60,506 nt of DNA, filler included, from Squatina squatina (GCA_031763465.1; 3 parts of 3 records of this genome joined end to end with filler, not necessarily neighbours in it), one strand, 5' to 3'; shown: positions 36,465 to 50,797, numbered from the whole stretch's first letter. A program made the numbers and translations. Notes: generated by a model not told the origin, from the letters alone.

Positions 36465-37319
36465 NNNNNNNNNNNNNNNNNNNNNNNNNNNNNNNNNNNN
36501 NNNNNNNNNNNNNNNNNNNNNNNNNNNNNNNNNNNNNNNNNNNNNNNNNNNNNNNNNNNNNNNNGTCACGTTTTTCTGCTAATATTTACAATTATAAATA
36601 CGTTAAGACTTCCCATTTAGATTATTACAGTGCACTGTTACAATGAAGTGCACTGAAAGCGTCGCTCCCAAATCTGTTGCCATTCTGTATACTGTATATA
36701 AAAAACCTTACTGATTGATTAACTCTTGGCAACAACAATCAATTTACTAGTAAGATTTCAAATGTTTGGAAAAGGTATATCGGAAAATTTACAATTGTAG
36801 GTCAAGGGTATATGGTTCAAACCAGCAAGAGGAAAATTTAGGATTTCCAGATAAAGTGGGGTCGGGGAAGGGAGAAATTGTAGGGCCTTTTTCAGTGGAT
36901 GAACGAACAGTTTCCCTTCCCCTTCTGTAATTATCGGATCATCTTACACTTATATAGCACCTTGTCACACCACAAGTTACATGAAATGCAAAGGTAATCA
37001 GGGGCTCGATATAATTTTGTAATACAGCTCCTCCAACAATGCAGCACTACCTCAGCACTGCCCTGTAGTATCTGCATTTGAGACCTGGCATGGGTCTTGA
37101 ACCGACAACTTTCTGTCTCAGACTAGAGTGCTGCCAACTGAGTCAAACTGACACCAATTAAACTGAATCAGCACTGTTGTAATAAAAAGCACAGAATCTC
37201 TTGCACTCTTGCCTTCCATCACCCCTCCCTCAACGTGCCCAAGGAGTACTTTCAAAAAGTCAGATAAACCTTCTAAACCCAATCAAGCAAGATTATATGG
37301 CACCATTCACATGCTCAAG

Positions 37320-37652
37320 ATGCCAGACACACTGCACAGCCAATGGCTGACTTTGAAATGCAGATACCTATGTATTTTACGTAACTTACAGACAGCAAGA
37401 TCCCACAAACAGCAAATGAGATAAATCGCCACTGTTTTTTTTTGATGGTGTGGTTGTGGCAGGAACATTACCCAGGACACCAGGAGAACTCCCTGCTCTG
37501 CTTCAAATAGTGCCACGGGGTCTTGTTGTGAGATCTTTTATGTTTACCTGAACAGGCAGACGTCTCAGTTTAATGTTTCATCCGAAAGGTGGCATTACTG
37601 GTGAGGCAGCATTGCCTGGGTACTGCACAATAGTGTCAGCCTAGATTATGCA
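37320..37652 (-). mobile_element. Deu-domain SINE (SacSINE1-like)
   Basis: Reverse complement of the Deu core seen at 17061-17300, plus the 3' part shared with 4229-4340. Confidence 0.7.
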
Positions 37653-38329
37653 GGCTAAGCTGAGGCTGTGAAGGGACTTGTAAAGGAGAATAAAAATTTT
37701 GAACTTAATGCATTGGGGGATTGATTGCCAGTGGGTACAATGAGTTACAGGCTGGAATCTAATCGAAGGTTCAGTTGATTTATGTTTAGAATAATGGATA
37801 CCCAGGAGGGAGCTGAAGGCTGGAACCTTTGGAGTTGATCAGATGACATCAGTGTATAAGTTGCTTACATGTATCTATAACAATGGGTACAGTTGACACC
37901 AATTATTAGGAAATTGCTTGTACGCAACATTTGCCCCCATAGTTTATAGCATTTCCTTCAGATCTGCAGATAATTATTATTGTCTAAGGATAACTGGCTG
38001 CAACGATCATTCATGTGTCCTTGCCAGAAATTCATAACATTATATATAATCATAACTCTAACCTTCAGTGCACCTCTGCCTGAGAGCTGGAATAATTACA
38101 GGATTTGGAAGCAAGGGGGACAGGAAACAAGCCAGGAACAATGGCCTGAAGCTAAAGAATAAATCACCTATAAAAATTTCATGAAATAATTTTTAAAAAC
38201 TGTTCAGTATATTGTCCACAATGAGGTCAGATTCTAGATCATTTAACAGTATTAACAAATTTGATTTATCTTAAAGATGGAGCTTTAGCACTATAACTCA
38301 GACTCATCATCGAGACCTATTGTTTCCCT

Positions 38330-38750
38330 TCTAACTTTCTCCCTTCCAAAGCCTAAAGGTGTTGGAGTACAAAATCACTGGTGCTAGCAGAACCTTGGTA
38401 CTTTGCCCAAGTAGCTATTCTTCATTTGTGAGCCTGGACAGTGAGTGGTGGCGGACTTTCCGACAGTGAGGGGGAATCACAGCTAGAACTGATGCTGTTG
38501 TCACCTGACATCTACACATGTCCATTACAGTTGGGGGAAGAGGGGGAGGGGGATGGTGACCGACAACCAGGAGTGGCAAGCTTGACTGATTTTGCTCTTC
38601 AGTAGCTTAGAGTCACTTAGGCCAATTTGTAGCAGCCCTATTGCTATCCTGATTGAGATAGGCTGACTCAGCACAGACTGGGGACTGGGACCGGGAGCTT
38701 CCTGGTTCAGTCCCACGTTTAGCAGTGTACTTACCAACTGACTCATTAGT
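38330..38750 (-). mobile_element. Old tRNA-derived SINE, second family, near full length
   Basis: tRNA-like head at ~38680-38750; the body is shared with 4420-4703, 39470-39710 and 46660-46913. Confidence 0.55.
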
Positions 38751-39723
38751 CAGTGTTAGCGGTCCTGCATGTGGGTCCTCATGTCCACACCTGGGCTCTA
38801 TTTGATACTAGGCCATGCTCTACAGGACACACACTGCTCGAATGGAGCCCAGGAACAGTTGAAAGAATACAATTTTGCACAGGGGCAAGTAATCAAAGTT
38901 ACTTTTTGGCATGGTTTCCTTCTAGTTTGTATATTTTGACGAACTTTCAAAGAAAGAAGGAAGAACATGCATTTATNNNNNNNNNNNNNNNNNNNNNNNN
39001 NNNNNNNNNNNNNNNNNNNNNNNNNNNNNNNNNNNNNNNNNNNNNNNNNNNNNNNNNNNNNNNNNNNNNNNNNNNNTGGGGTGAGCTCTGTTCTAACCAC
39101 CCGCCCGCCCCCTCCATGCTAATAAGTCCTTCTTTGCTTTTATGAGTAATAATAATTTATGCGACTCTGCAAATTATCATCTGTGCTGACAACTTTCCAA
39201 CAATTTTTCAGACTATTATTTTCGTGAAAATAGAGTCTTAAGAAAATAACAAAAAAAAGGCACATTCTTGAAATTGGGACAAAACTGTAACAAATCTGGA
39301 CTCCTGACAAAAGCCTTTAAATTTGGATGGTCCAGATTAAATCTGAAAATGTTTGGCAAGTTGGAAAAGATGGGTTGTGGCTCATATTTTTCCATCTTCC
39401 TGGCTGATGGCAGGAAGAGGGGTGCAATGAGAGCGTTAAATTATTCCAGCTTCCTAACTGACAATAATCTCCCTGCCCAGCTCCCACTCCTGTGGTTTTG
39501 CAGTTTCTACCCCTCCTTGAATGCACTGGCTCGTACTAAGGTACAGTTGCACAGGTGCTAGCAGCCCAAGTAGCCATTCTTTGTGTGCAAACCTAGAAAA
39601 TCAACATGCTATTTGAGCATAGGGGCTTCAAGGCTGAGTCCAGTCCTGTCTTCACCTCACATCCAACTATCTCCATTGAGATCAGCTAACCCAGCGCCAT
39701 CCAGGGGCGGAAGATAAACATTG

Positions 39724-39980
39724 GGCCACATCGTCCTCATGCCTGTTTCAAGACTCCCGAAACAAGCACTCTATTCCAAGCTTTGTCAGGGCAAGCAACT
39801 ACCACGAGGGCAGAGGAAGCGCTTCAAGGACGTCCTCAATGCCTCCTTGAAAAAATGTAACATCCCCACTAACTCATAGGAATCTCTGGCCCAAGACCAC
39901 CCAAACTGGAGGAGAAGCATCCGTGAAGGTGCCAACTACTTCGAGCTTCTCCGGCGGGAGCACTTGGAGGCCAAGCGCAT
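39724..39980 (+). mobile_element. RTE-clade LINE C-terminal fragment
   Basis: HIVLMPVSRLPKQALYSKLCQGKQLPRGQRKRFKDVLNASLKKCNIPTNS*ESLAQDHPNWRRSIREG. Confidence 0.8.
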
Positions 39981-41492
39981 ACCATTTGCCTTCCTAACTG
40001 CTTGCTGCACTTGCCTGTTTGCTTTCATTGACTGATGTACANNNNNNNNNNNNNNNNNNNNNNNNNNNNNNNNNNNNNNNNNNNNNNNNNNNNNNNNNNN
40101 NNNNNNNNNNNNNNNNNNNNNNNNNNNNNNNNNNNNNNNNNTGAGAACAGTAGGACGGCTATCTCCAAGGTGGCCTTGTGTGAACAAAAATCATTAAAGT
40201 ATCACTGGCAGTGCTTATGGTATTGCACAAAAGTAATCTGCCTCTCCTCACCCAGAGCAACAAGGAGTAATTTGTGGGGTTACTATTTGACCCACTGGAA
40301 GCCACAGGAACGCAAGCAGCTCGATGTTATAATAGCGCAGTGGAGTGAAGCGAACAAGGAGGATATGGGAGGGCTTAAGAACTGACAAGTGGAATTCTCA
40401 CACATTTACTGAAGTCATTATGTTCCTATTACCTTCCACCTGTGTGTTAACTTCATTTGGTAAAGGTGGCACAACAGTGCAAAGTTGTGCTTTGTGCACA
40501 CATCATAAAGCAAACCACTTTGGCTATACTCTCTAGTTACATGACACCTCGGGTCCCAGAAGGACTCTTCCCCCTTCCCTTGTGTCTCCCCCTCGTGCAA
40601 CACAGTTACATCAAACTGCAGCACTTCCTCTGTCTAATCTGAAGCCTGCTTCTGTTTGGGTTGAGTTCTAACAGTGAGTGTTTCAGGTTCACTTCCAGAC
40701 TCCGCTGGGAAATTGATGAATAAGATTGATGTTTCCTGCCTCTTGAGTTTCTTACTTCTGACACCCTTCCAGGCCAGTTCTCCCACACATCATTGCTTTC
40801 CTTTGCAAAAACTCCAGACAAAATGTGGCAAAATTTATAACAAGAAAAAAAAGAAGAGGTTTCATAGCGTCAATTCCACATGGTGTGAAAATGATTCTCA
40901 GATGAATACACTGCTGCCAGCTCAGTTGCTCAGGCTGAGTACTGAAGGATTAAAACAAAGTGATCCCGGGTGACTGGCCCGGCAATGTGTCTCAGATAAA
41001 TATTTCTAATGTAAACTCCATATAGGATTTTCCGGTAATCAAATACAGGTTATTTCTCAATAGACTTGCAGTAATGGCGTCATGGCGACATATTCATCCA
41101 ATCTGCATCTCATTGCATATCAACGACACAGAGCGCACCCGACAGTCAGTCTTGGCGCTGGCAAGCAACCGCCTTTGCGATAAAAACTGACTGAAAGGAG
41201 AATTAATACTTCCACATGAAATTGAAACAGTTTGTATTAAAATTAATGCCAGATGCTGGCGAGTGGTTTTGAGACTGTAATTGGGTCAGATTGCGCTTAC
41301 AGCCAGTTTCATACTTATGACTTGTGATGTCATCTCAACCCCTCAGTATTTCATTGCCTTCAGCCTGTGTATTACTCGGTCTATGTGTAATCNNNNNNNN
41401 NNNNNNNNNNNNNNNNNNNNNNNNNNNNNNNNNNNNNNNNNNNNNNNNNNNNNNNNNNNNNNNNNNNNNNNNNNNNNNNNNNNNNNNNNNNN

Positions 41493-42070
41493 CAGGGGGA
41501 ATGGAATACAAAGTGGGTAAGTGATGTTTCAGTTGTCTTGAGCATTGGAGTAGTGCATTCAGTTTGAGTACCATACGTCCGGAAGGATATATTGGCTTTG
41601 AAGCTGCTGCAGCACAGATTCACCACAATGATACCACCATTGAGGGTTAAATTATGAGGAAAGATTTCATAATTTTTTTCTTGTATTTCCTTGGGAATAG
41701 AAGATTGAGGGGTGATCTGATTGAGGTGTATAAAATGTTAAAAGGGTTCCATAGGGTAGATACAGGGAAATAATTTCCTCTGATGGGGGAAATCAAGAAC
41801 GAGGGGACATAATCTTAAAACTAGAGCTGGGCCATTTAGAAAATCAGGAAGCACTTCTTACACACAAAGGGTGGTGGGAATTTTCAAATCTCTGTCCCAA
41901 AAGGTTGTGGATGCTGGTTCAATTGAAGCTTTTTAGTTGGTAAGGGTATCTGTGCATATGGATCTAAGGCGGGCGAATGGAGTTGAGGTACAGTCAGCCA
42001 CGATCTGATTGAATGGCAGAACAGGCTCGAGGNNNNNNNNNNGTATGCCCTACTCCTGCCCTTATCTTCA
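41493..42070 (+). mobile_element. CR1 3' ~580 bp (decayed)
   Basis: ggaatacaaag...RRLRGDLIEVYKML...RGHNLK...FTQRVV-like segments, then the 3'UTR. Confidence 0.8.
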
Positions 42071-44569
42071 TTGTGAGCTTTTTGTGTGAAAGTGCAAATT
42101 TGTGCAGAATGATGGCTGATTTTTCTGCTATGGATTTACTAGGAACTGGACCAATATATTTTATGTACAAAAAAAGAGAGTAGAAATTTCTGAACTAATT
42201 TACAGCAGTTCATCACGTCATCTGAACTCTTCAGTGGCATGACATTTTAATAATTTTCTATGTTTCTATAACACAACCCGAGTTAGCGACTTCTTCTGTT
42301 TGGTTCTGCAACCCAAAATAGGCTGAAGTGTTCACGCGCATGTTGATAGCTATCGTTGTGATTTTTACAATCGAAATTAGAAAAAAAGTCACTCTGAGCC
42401 AAGTAAGAATTGTGCCAGTGTTTCTGCTTGAACTTGCAGAGTCAGGCACAAAGGGATTGGTGTTAATTGATTGATGATAGCGGCCGGCAGTGGCCTTCAT
42501 GTCCGCTGCTCTGAGATAAAGAGGGCAGTCCTTATTCACATTCAGTGATAGCGATCCTGTTTTTATACAGCTCAACGACAACCTTAAAAGAGCATTATTG
42601 TCAAGGTTTCGGTTGTGGTCAACCGAGTACGAAGACAGATAGGCTGCCAGTCCACCTTGTGCTTTTTAAGTTATGCTAAAACATTTCAAAGATCAATTTT
42701 ACAGCAGATAGCAGCAAAGCATGGAATTAACTAAAGACAAGAAAGAAACACTGGTATCAAAGGGAACAGAGAACAAAGGAGAGAGGAAAGGGTGCAGAAA
42801 TGGTGGGAAAGTCAAGGTATGCCAGCAAGTCACAGCCTGCAAGAAGCAGAGTTCTAACATTCAAGGGGCCCTTGTCTTTTGTGCGAGGTGGGGTTGGGGG
42901 AGGAAACAGTGAAGTTTACTCATCAGAATGCTTTCAATGACCTAAGGTATAGGCCGGACTCCATCTTTTGCACCACACCAACGTCAAATGTACATCAATC
43001 TNNNNNNNNNNNNNNNNNNNNNNNNNNNNNNNNNNNNNNNNNNNNNNNNNNNNNNNNNNNNNNNNNNNNNNNNNNNNNNNNNNNNNNNNNNNNNNNNNNN
43101 NGAACAGTTTTCCTGAATCCTATGTATTGGCTAATGTTGGCAAAAGAGGTACAAGACCGTTCTCACACGCAGAGAGTAATCCCCTGGTCCTGAGCTGACA
43201 ATTTATCCTCTTGACATCAAAAGAGAGAGGAAGTTCAGATTATGAAAAGCACGTGTACTCAATGAGGGAAGGAAGCATTGACTTTATCAAGAGTGTGCGC
43301 TCAGCACAGAAGGAAGCCCAGGGTATTGCGTTCATGTGTTAGTGATCTTTGAGCAAGATTATGAAAAATGTTCATTCAGTCTCTTTAATTAATCACGGGT
43401 TGTCTAACTATGACAGGTACGACAATAATACATTCATCACAAATACTCACTGCATATCTGTGCACAATTAATCAAATTTACCAATAAAATTACCAAAATA
43501 CGGCGGCAGGGAAGTAGAAGTGTAGGGCAGGCAGGGGCAAACAGATCACTGAATGGAAGAAACCAGAGACATAAACAGCTCAGAGAAATATAGATATACA
43601 TTATTAATCCTATATATACTATTTATATCTATATAATTATGGAAAAGAGAACTAGCCCAATCGTCTCAACTTAAACTATAGCTCTGCTTCTCTGAGGTGA
43701 GGTGCAGTGGTCTATTTTGTCTGTTTAACATGATTGACTCCAGGAATTGGCCCCCTCCCATTCCCCAAGAGGAGCTTCATTACTGGGAGGCATTTTCACC
43801 TATTGGTCCAATTAAGAACTGACAACTTACATCAGAAGTGTAATGAGCATGTCTGAGTGACAGGTAGGCGATGGGCTTGAGGGGCCTTGGCGAAGGCATC
43901 GTCTGAACAGACTGCAAAGGTGAGTGGTCTTTGAAAAGGTTTGTTTGGTTTCAACAACATAAAAACACCAGGATTGAGTTAGCCAGAGGAAAACTCTTTC
44001 ACCTTTCAGAATTGAGTTAAAATGTAGCCGCGCTGGCAGACAAAGTCTCCACTCTTTGACAGCTGATGAATGTCTGATTGAGATTGATTTTGGAGAACCT
44101 CTCATGGCAGTCACTTATATCCCATTTACAGTGTTGCCTCCAAAGCTTCCAGCAATGTTGAATCTATGGGCTTAACCCTAACTTAAGGGGAGGTGCTAAA
44201 GGGAACACACTTGCTGCACAATTCATAATTCTGGTCTAGGTGTAGTCATCCATTTATGCCAGTTCTGCTCCACAGTATAAAAGTAGTGATTTGGCAACAA
44301 AGGAACTTGAGAAATGAGAGCACCACTTCTCATGGGAAAATTACCATGATCTAATTATATTATTAGAACACACAAAACTGCATAGCTACTGCCCGCACAG
44401 CCACAGATCACACATCTGAGCACCACTACATGTCGTCAAAGNNNNNNNNNNNNNNNNNNNNNNNNNNNNNNNNNNNNNNNNNNNNNNNNNNNNNNNNNNN
44501 NNNNNNNNNNNNNNNNNNNNNNNNNNNNNNNNNNNNNNNNNATGGAATCAATGTCACATAACGTTACAT

Positions 44570-45060
44570 CCACATCAAAGGTCACATGATGCATTGCATT
44601 TGGTCATCAGGAGTTACCCATCAATAAAGGCAATGATAATGACGAATAAACAGAAACACATTTATTGACAGAGCTTACACACAGCCTCACAGAAATATTA
44701 TTCACCACCCTTTTGTGAAACCTTATCACCACTTTTGATCCAACTTAATCTAATATTCCTCCTCAGTGGGGGGGATGTGGGTACAGCACAGCTCAGACCA
44801 GGCTGCTGTGAGTCAGAAGCCATTGGCACACACGGCCCCTTGGAGCGCCCTCGGTGAGCTTTGACCCTAGAAGGGTCAGCTGCAGGCTGCGGAACTGGAG
44901 TTGTAGGTCGCGCAGGCTGGTGTGAGCCAGTCGCAGGCATGAGCTGCGTCGATGGCAGAGTGACGCTGCGGCGACCAGGACTGATACCATGCTGATGCAT
45001 GACAGCAGAGTCCCGTTCGGGGGAATCAGTGACATTCCTCCAGGGCGGTACATCAGCAGC
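44570..45060 (-). mobile_element. Probable Harbinger-family internal fragment
   Basis: GC-rich decayed Pro/Arg-rich frame ending ...KKGGE*, resembling the 29500-29710 segment in the opposite orientation. Confidence 0.4.
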
Positions 45061-46913
45061 CGCTTCAGAAAGGCCCCAGTGTGTGGATCTATTTATTTTT
45101 GTTATGTTAAATTGTCAGTAAAGTATGGATACCACTTAAGACAGACTGGATATTTAAAATCTGGTTCCGATAAAATGTGAGATACTATTGGATAATGACA
45201 ACCTTGTGTCCGAGCACGTGGGCCTGGCGCAATAATAAAGAGCAGCTCCGACTGCCATCCATGCAAATTGTGATGTTAATGTGTAGCCATATTGAAGGTC
45301 CACTGTTGAAAATCAAATGAGTGTTTCACTCCAGCTGTTGAGAGGAATTCACCGAATGGCCTGAGGCTCCCCGGTGTTTTAAGACCACAATCGTACGGCA
45401 AAATGAGAGGGGAAAAAAATGATCGTAATCCATTTTAAAATGACCGTGGTTTTCAGGGAAATCAGAGAAAGCCAGGAGGGAAAGCTCTTGAAGAAAATAA
45501 ACCAGTCACGCTTCCCTGATGGGGACCACTCGTAAAAAAAAGGTTCTTTGGAAAAATGATTTTGTCTAGGAAAAGAAAGTCGATGTTAAAGCTTAATCAG
45601 AGGGTGCAGTCAGTTTAAACAGTTTCTAATATCCTGTAGGGCATTACAGTGGCCTTTGCACCTAAACAGCTCATGAAAGTCTGGCATTGAGAAAACAGAA
45701 GCTTGTGTATCCTGTAGGCCTATGGATTTATGTTAAAGTGAATTCACTTAGCCTACGCAGGTTTTATTAATTTACAATACTGAAGGAGGACGAGTGGGGG
45801 ATACAGTTAGTACTAAATTAAAATCCACACAATGTTCCTGCCGTTAAATCTGCAAAAATGATTTTCTCTGAAGATCCTATTATTTTGAAGGGCGCCCAAT
45901 TTGTAGTTTTATTTAGGCGTTAAAATGGCGTTAAATGGGCGCAAAGTGCTTAACACCAACTTTTAGCGTTAAGCATTTTGAAGCAAAATTCGTCTACCCG
46001 TTAACGCTGGCGCCAAACGGGCATTAACGGGTTTAGGCCACAATCGCGAGTTTTGGCTTTAGAGAGTCCCGATGACATCATCAGTGGGCGCAACGCCCAA
46101 ATAAGAGTAACGCCCGAGAATTGGACAAGGCTACAAGGTCTTAACTNNNNNNNNNNNNNNNNNNNNNNNNNNNNNNNNNNNNNNNNNNNNNNNNNNNNNN
46201 NNNNNNNNNNNNNNNNNNNNNNNNNNNNNNNNNNNNNNNNNNNNNNTGTTCACCTCCTCAGCCAATGCTCCCTACCCCCAAATTGTTGTGGTTGTAATCA
46301 AATCATATATTAAAACTATCAGGAGCCGTAATCTAGACTAATCGCCAACATATGCTTGTGTTATCGTAGCTTCATTTAAATTGAAAAATCACCATGATTG
46401 ATGCAGGGGACATTGTACAGTAACCATAAATGATATAATAAAAATAAATGATAAGCACATCACAAATGAACTTGAAGGATCTGTAAGGGCTCGCTCCTGA
46501 AGAGGTCCTTTCTAACTTGGACCATAAGAGATTGACATTAATATTTCAGAATGAACTATCTTTTTTTCTCCCAATTACACGTCAATGTTATTGAAACAAT
46601 GGCTTTGTGAGGGATTTCTAATAAACCATATGGTTTCCTGCTGAGCCAACCCAATAAGTAGTTGAGCCATACAGGCCAAGAATGACCCAGGATTGACACT
46701 TGGTCTGCAGTGAGTTTGCAGATCTCAAACCAGATGGTGATTGAGCTCGTACTCTTCATTATCCTGTTAACCTTACTGGAAATCAACATGCCTGGATATT
46801 GTGCAAGGACATGATTGGGCCTAGATGATCAAATAACCTGTCTACAGTCAAGGTTTCTGCATGAATAATTGCCATTAGGGCTTGGTACCAGAAGATGACT
46901 GCCACCTATGGAA

Positions 46914-47013
46914 NNNNNNNNNNNNNNNNNNNNNNNNNNNNNNNNNNNNNNNNNNNNTTAATTAATTAANNNNNNNNNNNNNNNNNNNNNNNNNNNNNNN
47001 NNNNNNNNNNNNN
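46914..47013. other. Artificial scaffold linker
   Basis: 44 N + TTAATTAATTAA + 44 N. Confidence 0.95.
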
Positions 47014-47297
47014 CTCAATAGCAAGAATGTCCTTCCTCAGATTAGGAGACCAAAACTGCACACAATACTCCAGGTGTGGTCTCACCAAGGTATTGTACAA
47101 CTGCAGTAGGACCTTCCTGCTCCTACACTCAAATCCTCTTGCTATGAATGCCAACATGCCATTTGCTTTCTTCACTGCCTGCTGTACCTGCAAGTTAACT
47201 TTCAAAGACTGATGCATAATGACACCCAGGTCTCGTTGCACCTCCCCTTTTCCTAATTGGTCACCATTCAGATAATATGCTGCCTTCTTGTTCTTGC
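47014..47297 (-). mobile_element. CR1 ORF2 fragment
   Basis: GKNKKAAYYLNGDQL...QRDLGV...KKANGMLAFIARG...LYNTLVRPHLEYCVQFWSP. Confidence 0.9.
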
Positions 47298-50200
47298 CAG
47301 GCGGGTGGGAACCTACGCAAGGAGACAAAAGAGGGGGAAACAAGGATAAAAACAAAAGACAGGAAGGGGAAAAGCAAGAGTTGTAGGAAGAGAAATCAAG
47401 AGCAAAAATCAAACAGGGCTATGGTACAAAGTAATTCCAAGGGGACTAAGAATGTTAAGACAAGGCTGAAGGTTTTGTGTCTTAATGCGTGGAGCATTCG
47501 CAATAAGGTAGATGAATAGACATAACTGCACAAATAGACACAAACGGATATGACATAATTGGTATTGCGGAGACAAGGCTCCAGGGCGAACAAGGATGGG
47601 AACTGAACATCCAGGGGTTTTCAATATTCAGGAAGGACAGGCAAAAAAGAAAAGGAGGTAGGGTAGCGTTGCTGGCTAATGAGGAGATTAATGCAATCGT
47701 GAGGAAGGATATTAGCTTGGATGATGTGTAGGTAGAGCTGTGAAATACCAAGCGGCAGAGAACGTTGTATACAGACACACAAACAGTTGTGGTGATGTTG
47801 GGGATGGCATTAAATAGGAAATTAGAGACGCATGCAATAAGAGCACAGCAGTTATCATGGGTGACTTTAATGTACATATAGATTGGACTAACCAAATTAG
47901 TAACAATACTGCGGAGGAGCAATTCCCAGAGTGTATACGGGATGGTTTTCTGGACCAATATGCCGAGGAACCAACGAGAGGTCAGGCCACCTTAGACTGG
48001 GTATTATGTAAGGAGAAAGGATTAATTAGCAATAATGTTGTGCGAGGACCCTTGGGGAAGAGTGACCATAATATGATAGAATTCTTGATTAAGATTGAGT
48101 GTGACATCGTTGATTCTGAGACTGGGATCCTGAATCCAAATAAAGGAAACTACGATGGTATGTGGCGCGAGTTGGCTATGATAGATTGGGGAACATTACT
48201 TAAAGTGTTGATGGTGAATAGGCAATGGCAAACATTTAAAGAACGCATGGATGAACTGCAACAATTGTTCATCACTCTCCGGCATAAAAATAAAACAGGA
48301 AAGTTGGCTCAACGTGGCTAACAAGGGAAATTAGGGAGAGTATTAGAGGAAACATATAAATTGGCAAGAAAAAGCAGAAAGCCTGAGGACTGAGAGCAAT
48401 TTAGATTTCAGCAAAGGAGGACAAAGGGATTAATTAAGAGGGGGAAAATAGGATATGAGAGTAAGCTTGCAGGGAACATAAATACTGACTGTAAAAGCGT
48501 CTATGGATATGTGAGGAGAAAAAGATTAGTGTAGAAAAATGTAGGTCCCTTAGATTAAGAAACAGGGGAATTTATAATGGGGAACAAAGAAATGGCAGAC
48601 CAATTGACCAAATACTTTGGCTCTGTCTTCACAAAGGAAAATACAAATAACCTCCCAGAAATGTTAGGGAACCTAGGGTCTAGTGAGAAGGAGGAACGGA
48701 AGGACATCAGTATTAGTCGGGAAAAGGTGTTAGGGAAATTGACGGGATGGAAGGCCGATAAACCCCCAGGTCCCGATAGTCTGCATCCCAGAGCACTTAA
48801 GGAAGTGGCCCTGGAAATAGTCGATGCAGTGTTATTCATTTTCCAACATTCTACAGACTCTGGAGCAGTTCCTATGGATAGGAGGATCGCTAATATAACC
48901 CCACTATTTAAAAAAGGAGCGAGAGAGAAAACAGGGAATTATAGACTGGTTAGCATGACATCAGTAGTGGGGAAAATGCTGGAGTCCATTACAAAATATG
49001 TAATAGCAGAGCACTTGGAAAACAGTGACAGGATCGGATAAAGTCAACATGGATTTACAAAAGGAAAATCATGCTTGAAAATTCTACTGGAATTTTTTGA
49101 GGATGTAACTGGTAGATTAGATGAGGGAGAAACAGTTGATGTGGTGTATTTGGACTTTCAGAAGGCTTTCTATAAGGTACTGTATAAGAGATTAGCGTGC
49201 AAAGTTAAGCACATGGGCTTGGGCTAATGTACTGATTTGGATAGAGACCTGGTTGGCAGACAGGAAGCAAAGAGTTGGACCAAACAGGTCTTTTTCCAAG
49301 TGGCAGGCAGTGACTAGTGGAGTACCGCTGGGATTAGTGTTAGGACCGCAGCTATTCCCAATATCTATTAATGATTTAGATGAGGGATCTTGATGTAATA
49401 TCTCCAAGTCTGCAGACGACACAAAGCTGGGTGGGTGTGTGTGCTGTGAAGAGGATGCAGAGAAAATCCAGTATAATTTGGACAGGTTGGATGACTGGGC
49501 AAATGCATGGCAGATGCAGTATAATGTGCATAAATATGAGGTTATCCACTTTGGTGGCAAAAACAGGAAGGCAGATTATTACCTGAACGGCAATAGATTC
49601 AGAAAAGGGGAACTGCAAAGAGACCTCGGTGTCCTTGTGCAGCAGTCGCTGAAGGTAAGCATGCAGGTGCAGCAGGCGGTTCGGAAGGCAAATGCTATGT
49701 TGGCCTTCATAGCGAGAGGTATCGAGTACAGGAGCAAGGATGTCTTGCTGCGGTTGTACACGGCCTTGGTGAGACCACACCTTGAGTATTGTGTGCACTT
49801 TTGGTCGCCTTATCTGAGGACGGATGTTCTGGCCATGGAGTGACTGCAGCGAAGATTCACCAGACTGATTCCTGGGATGGCAGGGATGAGGTATAAAAGA
49901 GATTGGGTCGATTAGGCTTGTATTGGCTAGAAGATAGAAGAATGAGAGGGGATCTCTTGAATCTTATACAATTCTAACAGGACTATACAGACCAGATGCA
50001 GGAAGGATGTTCCCGATGGCGGGTGAGTCAAGAACTCGGGGGTCACAGCCTAAGGATAAGGGGTAAGCGATTTAGGACTGAGATGAGGAGGAATTTCTTC
50101 ACCCAGAGAGTGGCGAACCTGTGGAATTCTTTACCACAGAAAGCAGTTGAGGCCAACTCATGAAATATATTCAAGAAGGTGTTAGATATAGTTCTTGATG

Positions 50201-50450
50201 CTAAAGGGATCAAGGGGTATGGGGGGAAAGCAGGGACAGGGTACTGAATTTGGATGATCAGCCATGATCTCACTGAATGGCGGAGCAGGCTCGAATGGCC
50301 GAATGGCCTACTCCTGCTCCTATCTTCTTTGCTTCCATGAAAGCAGGAACAGGGTATTGAGTTTGGATGATCAGCCATGATACTATTCAATGGTGGAGTA
50401 GGCTCGAAGGGCTGAATGGCCTACTCCTGCTCCTGTTTTCTATGTTTCTA
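47298..50450 (+). mobile_element. Near-full-length CR1 LINE ORF2 (APE + RT) with 3'UTR, inactivated
   Basis: LKVLCLNAWSIRNKVDE (APE start ~47467), MGDFN, LDWVL, GKSDHN, PGPDSLHPRALKE, GNYRLVS, an SADD active-site remnant, LVRPHLEYC and an (TTCTATG) tail. Many stops and frameshifts. Confidence 0.95.
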
Positions 50451-50797
50451 GAGCATATGGAATTGGGGAAAATATACTGGCATGTATTGAGAATTGGTTA
50501 AAAGACAGAAAAAACAGTGCAGGAATAAAGTTGTCATTTTCAGGTTGGCAGGCTGTGACTAGTGCGGTACTGCAAGGATCAGTGCTTGTAGCCGAGCTAT
50601 TCACAATCTATATCAATTTGGTTGAGGGGAGCGAATTTAATGCTTCCAAGTTTGCTAATGGCACAAAACCGGGATCACTCTCCACAGGTCCCCATCACTC
50701 TGGGGTCTCACATTGTCTTCAGTATCACTCACCACAGAAATACTCTCTGCTGGCAATCTCGGCTCATTCATGTCAAATCGGAAGCGATGTACTCCCA

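Noticed and set aside
47014-47297. Twin-priming 5' inversion of the adjacent long CR1
   Set aside because: The inverted piece duplicates a region also present in the plus-strand copy (~49555-49840) and differs in sequence, so it is an independent insertion.
47298-50450. Active LINE or domesticated reverse transcriptase
   Set aside because: It has numerous stops and frameshifts and an altered catalytic motif.
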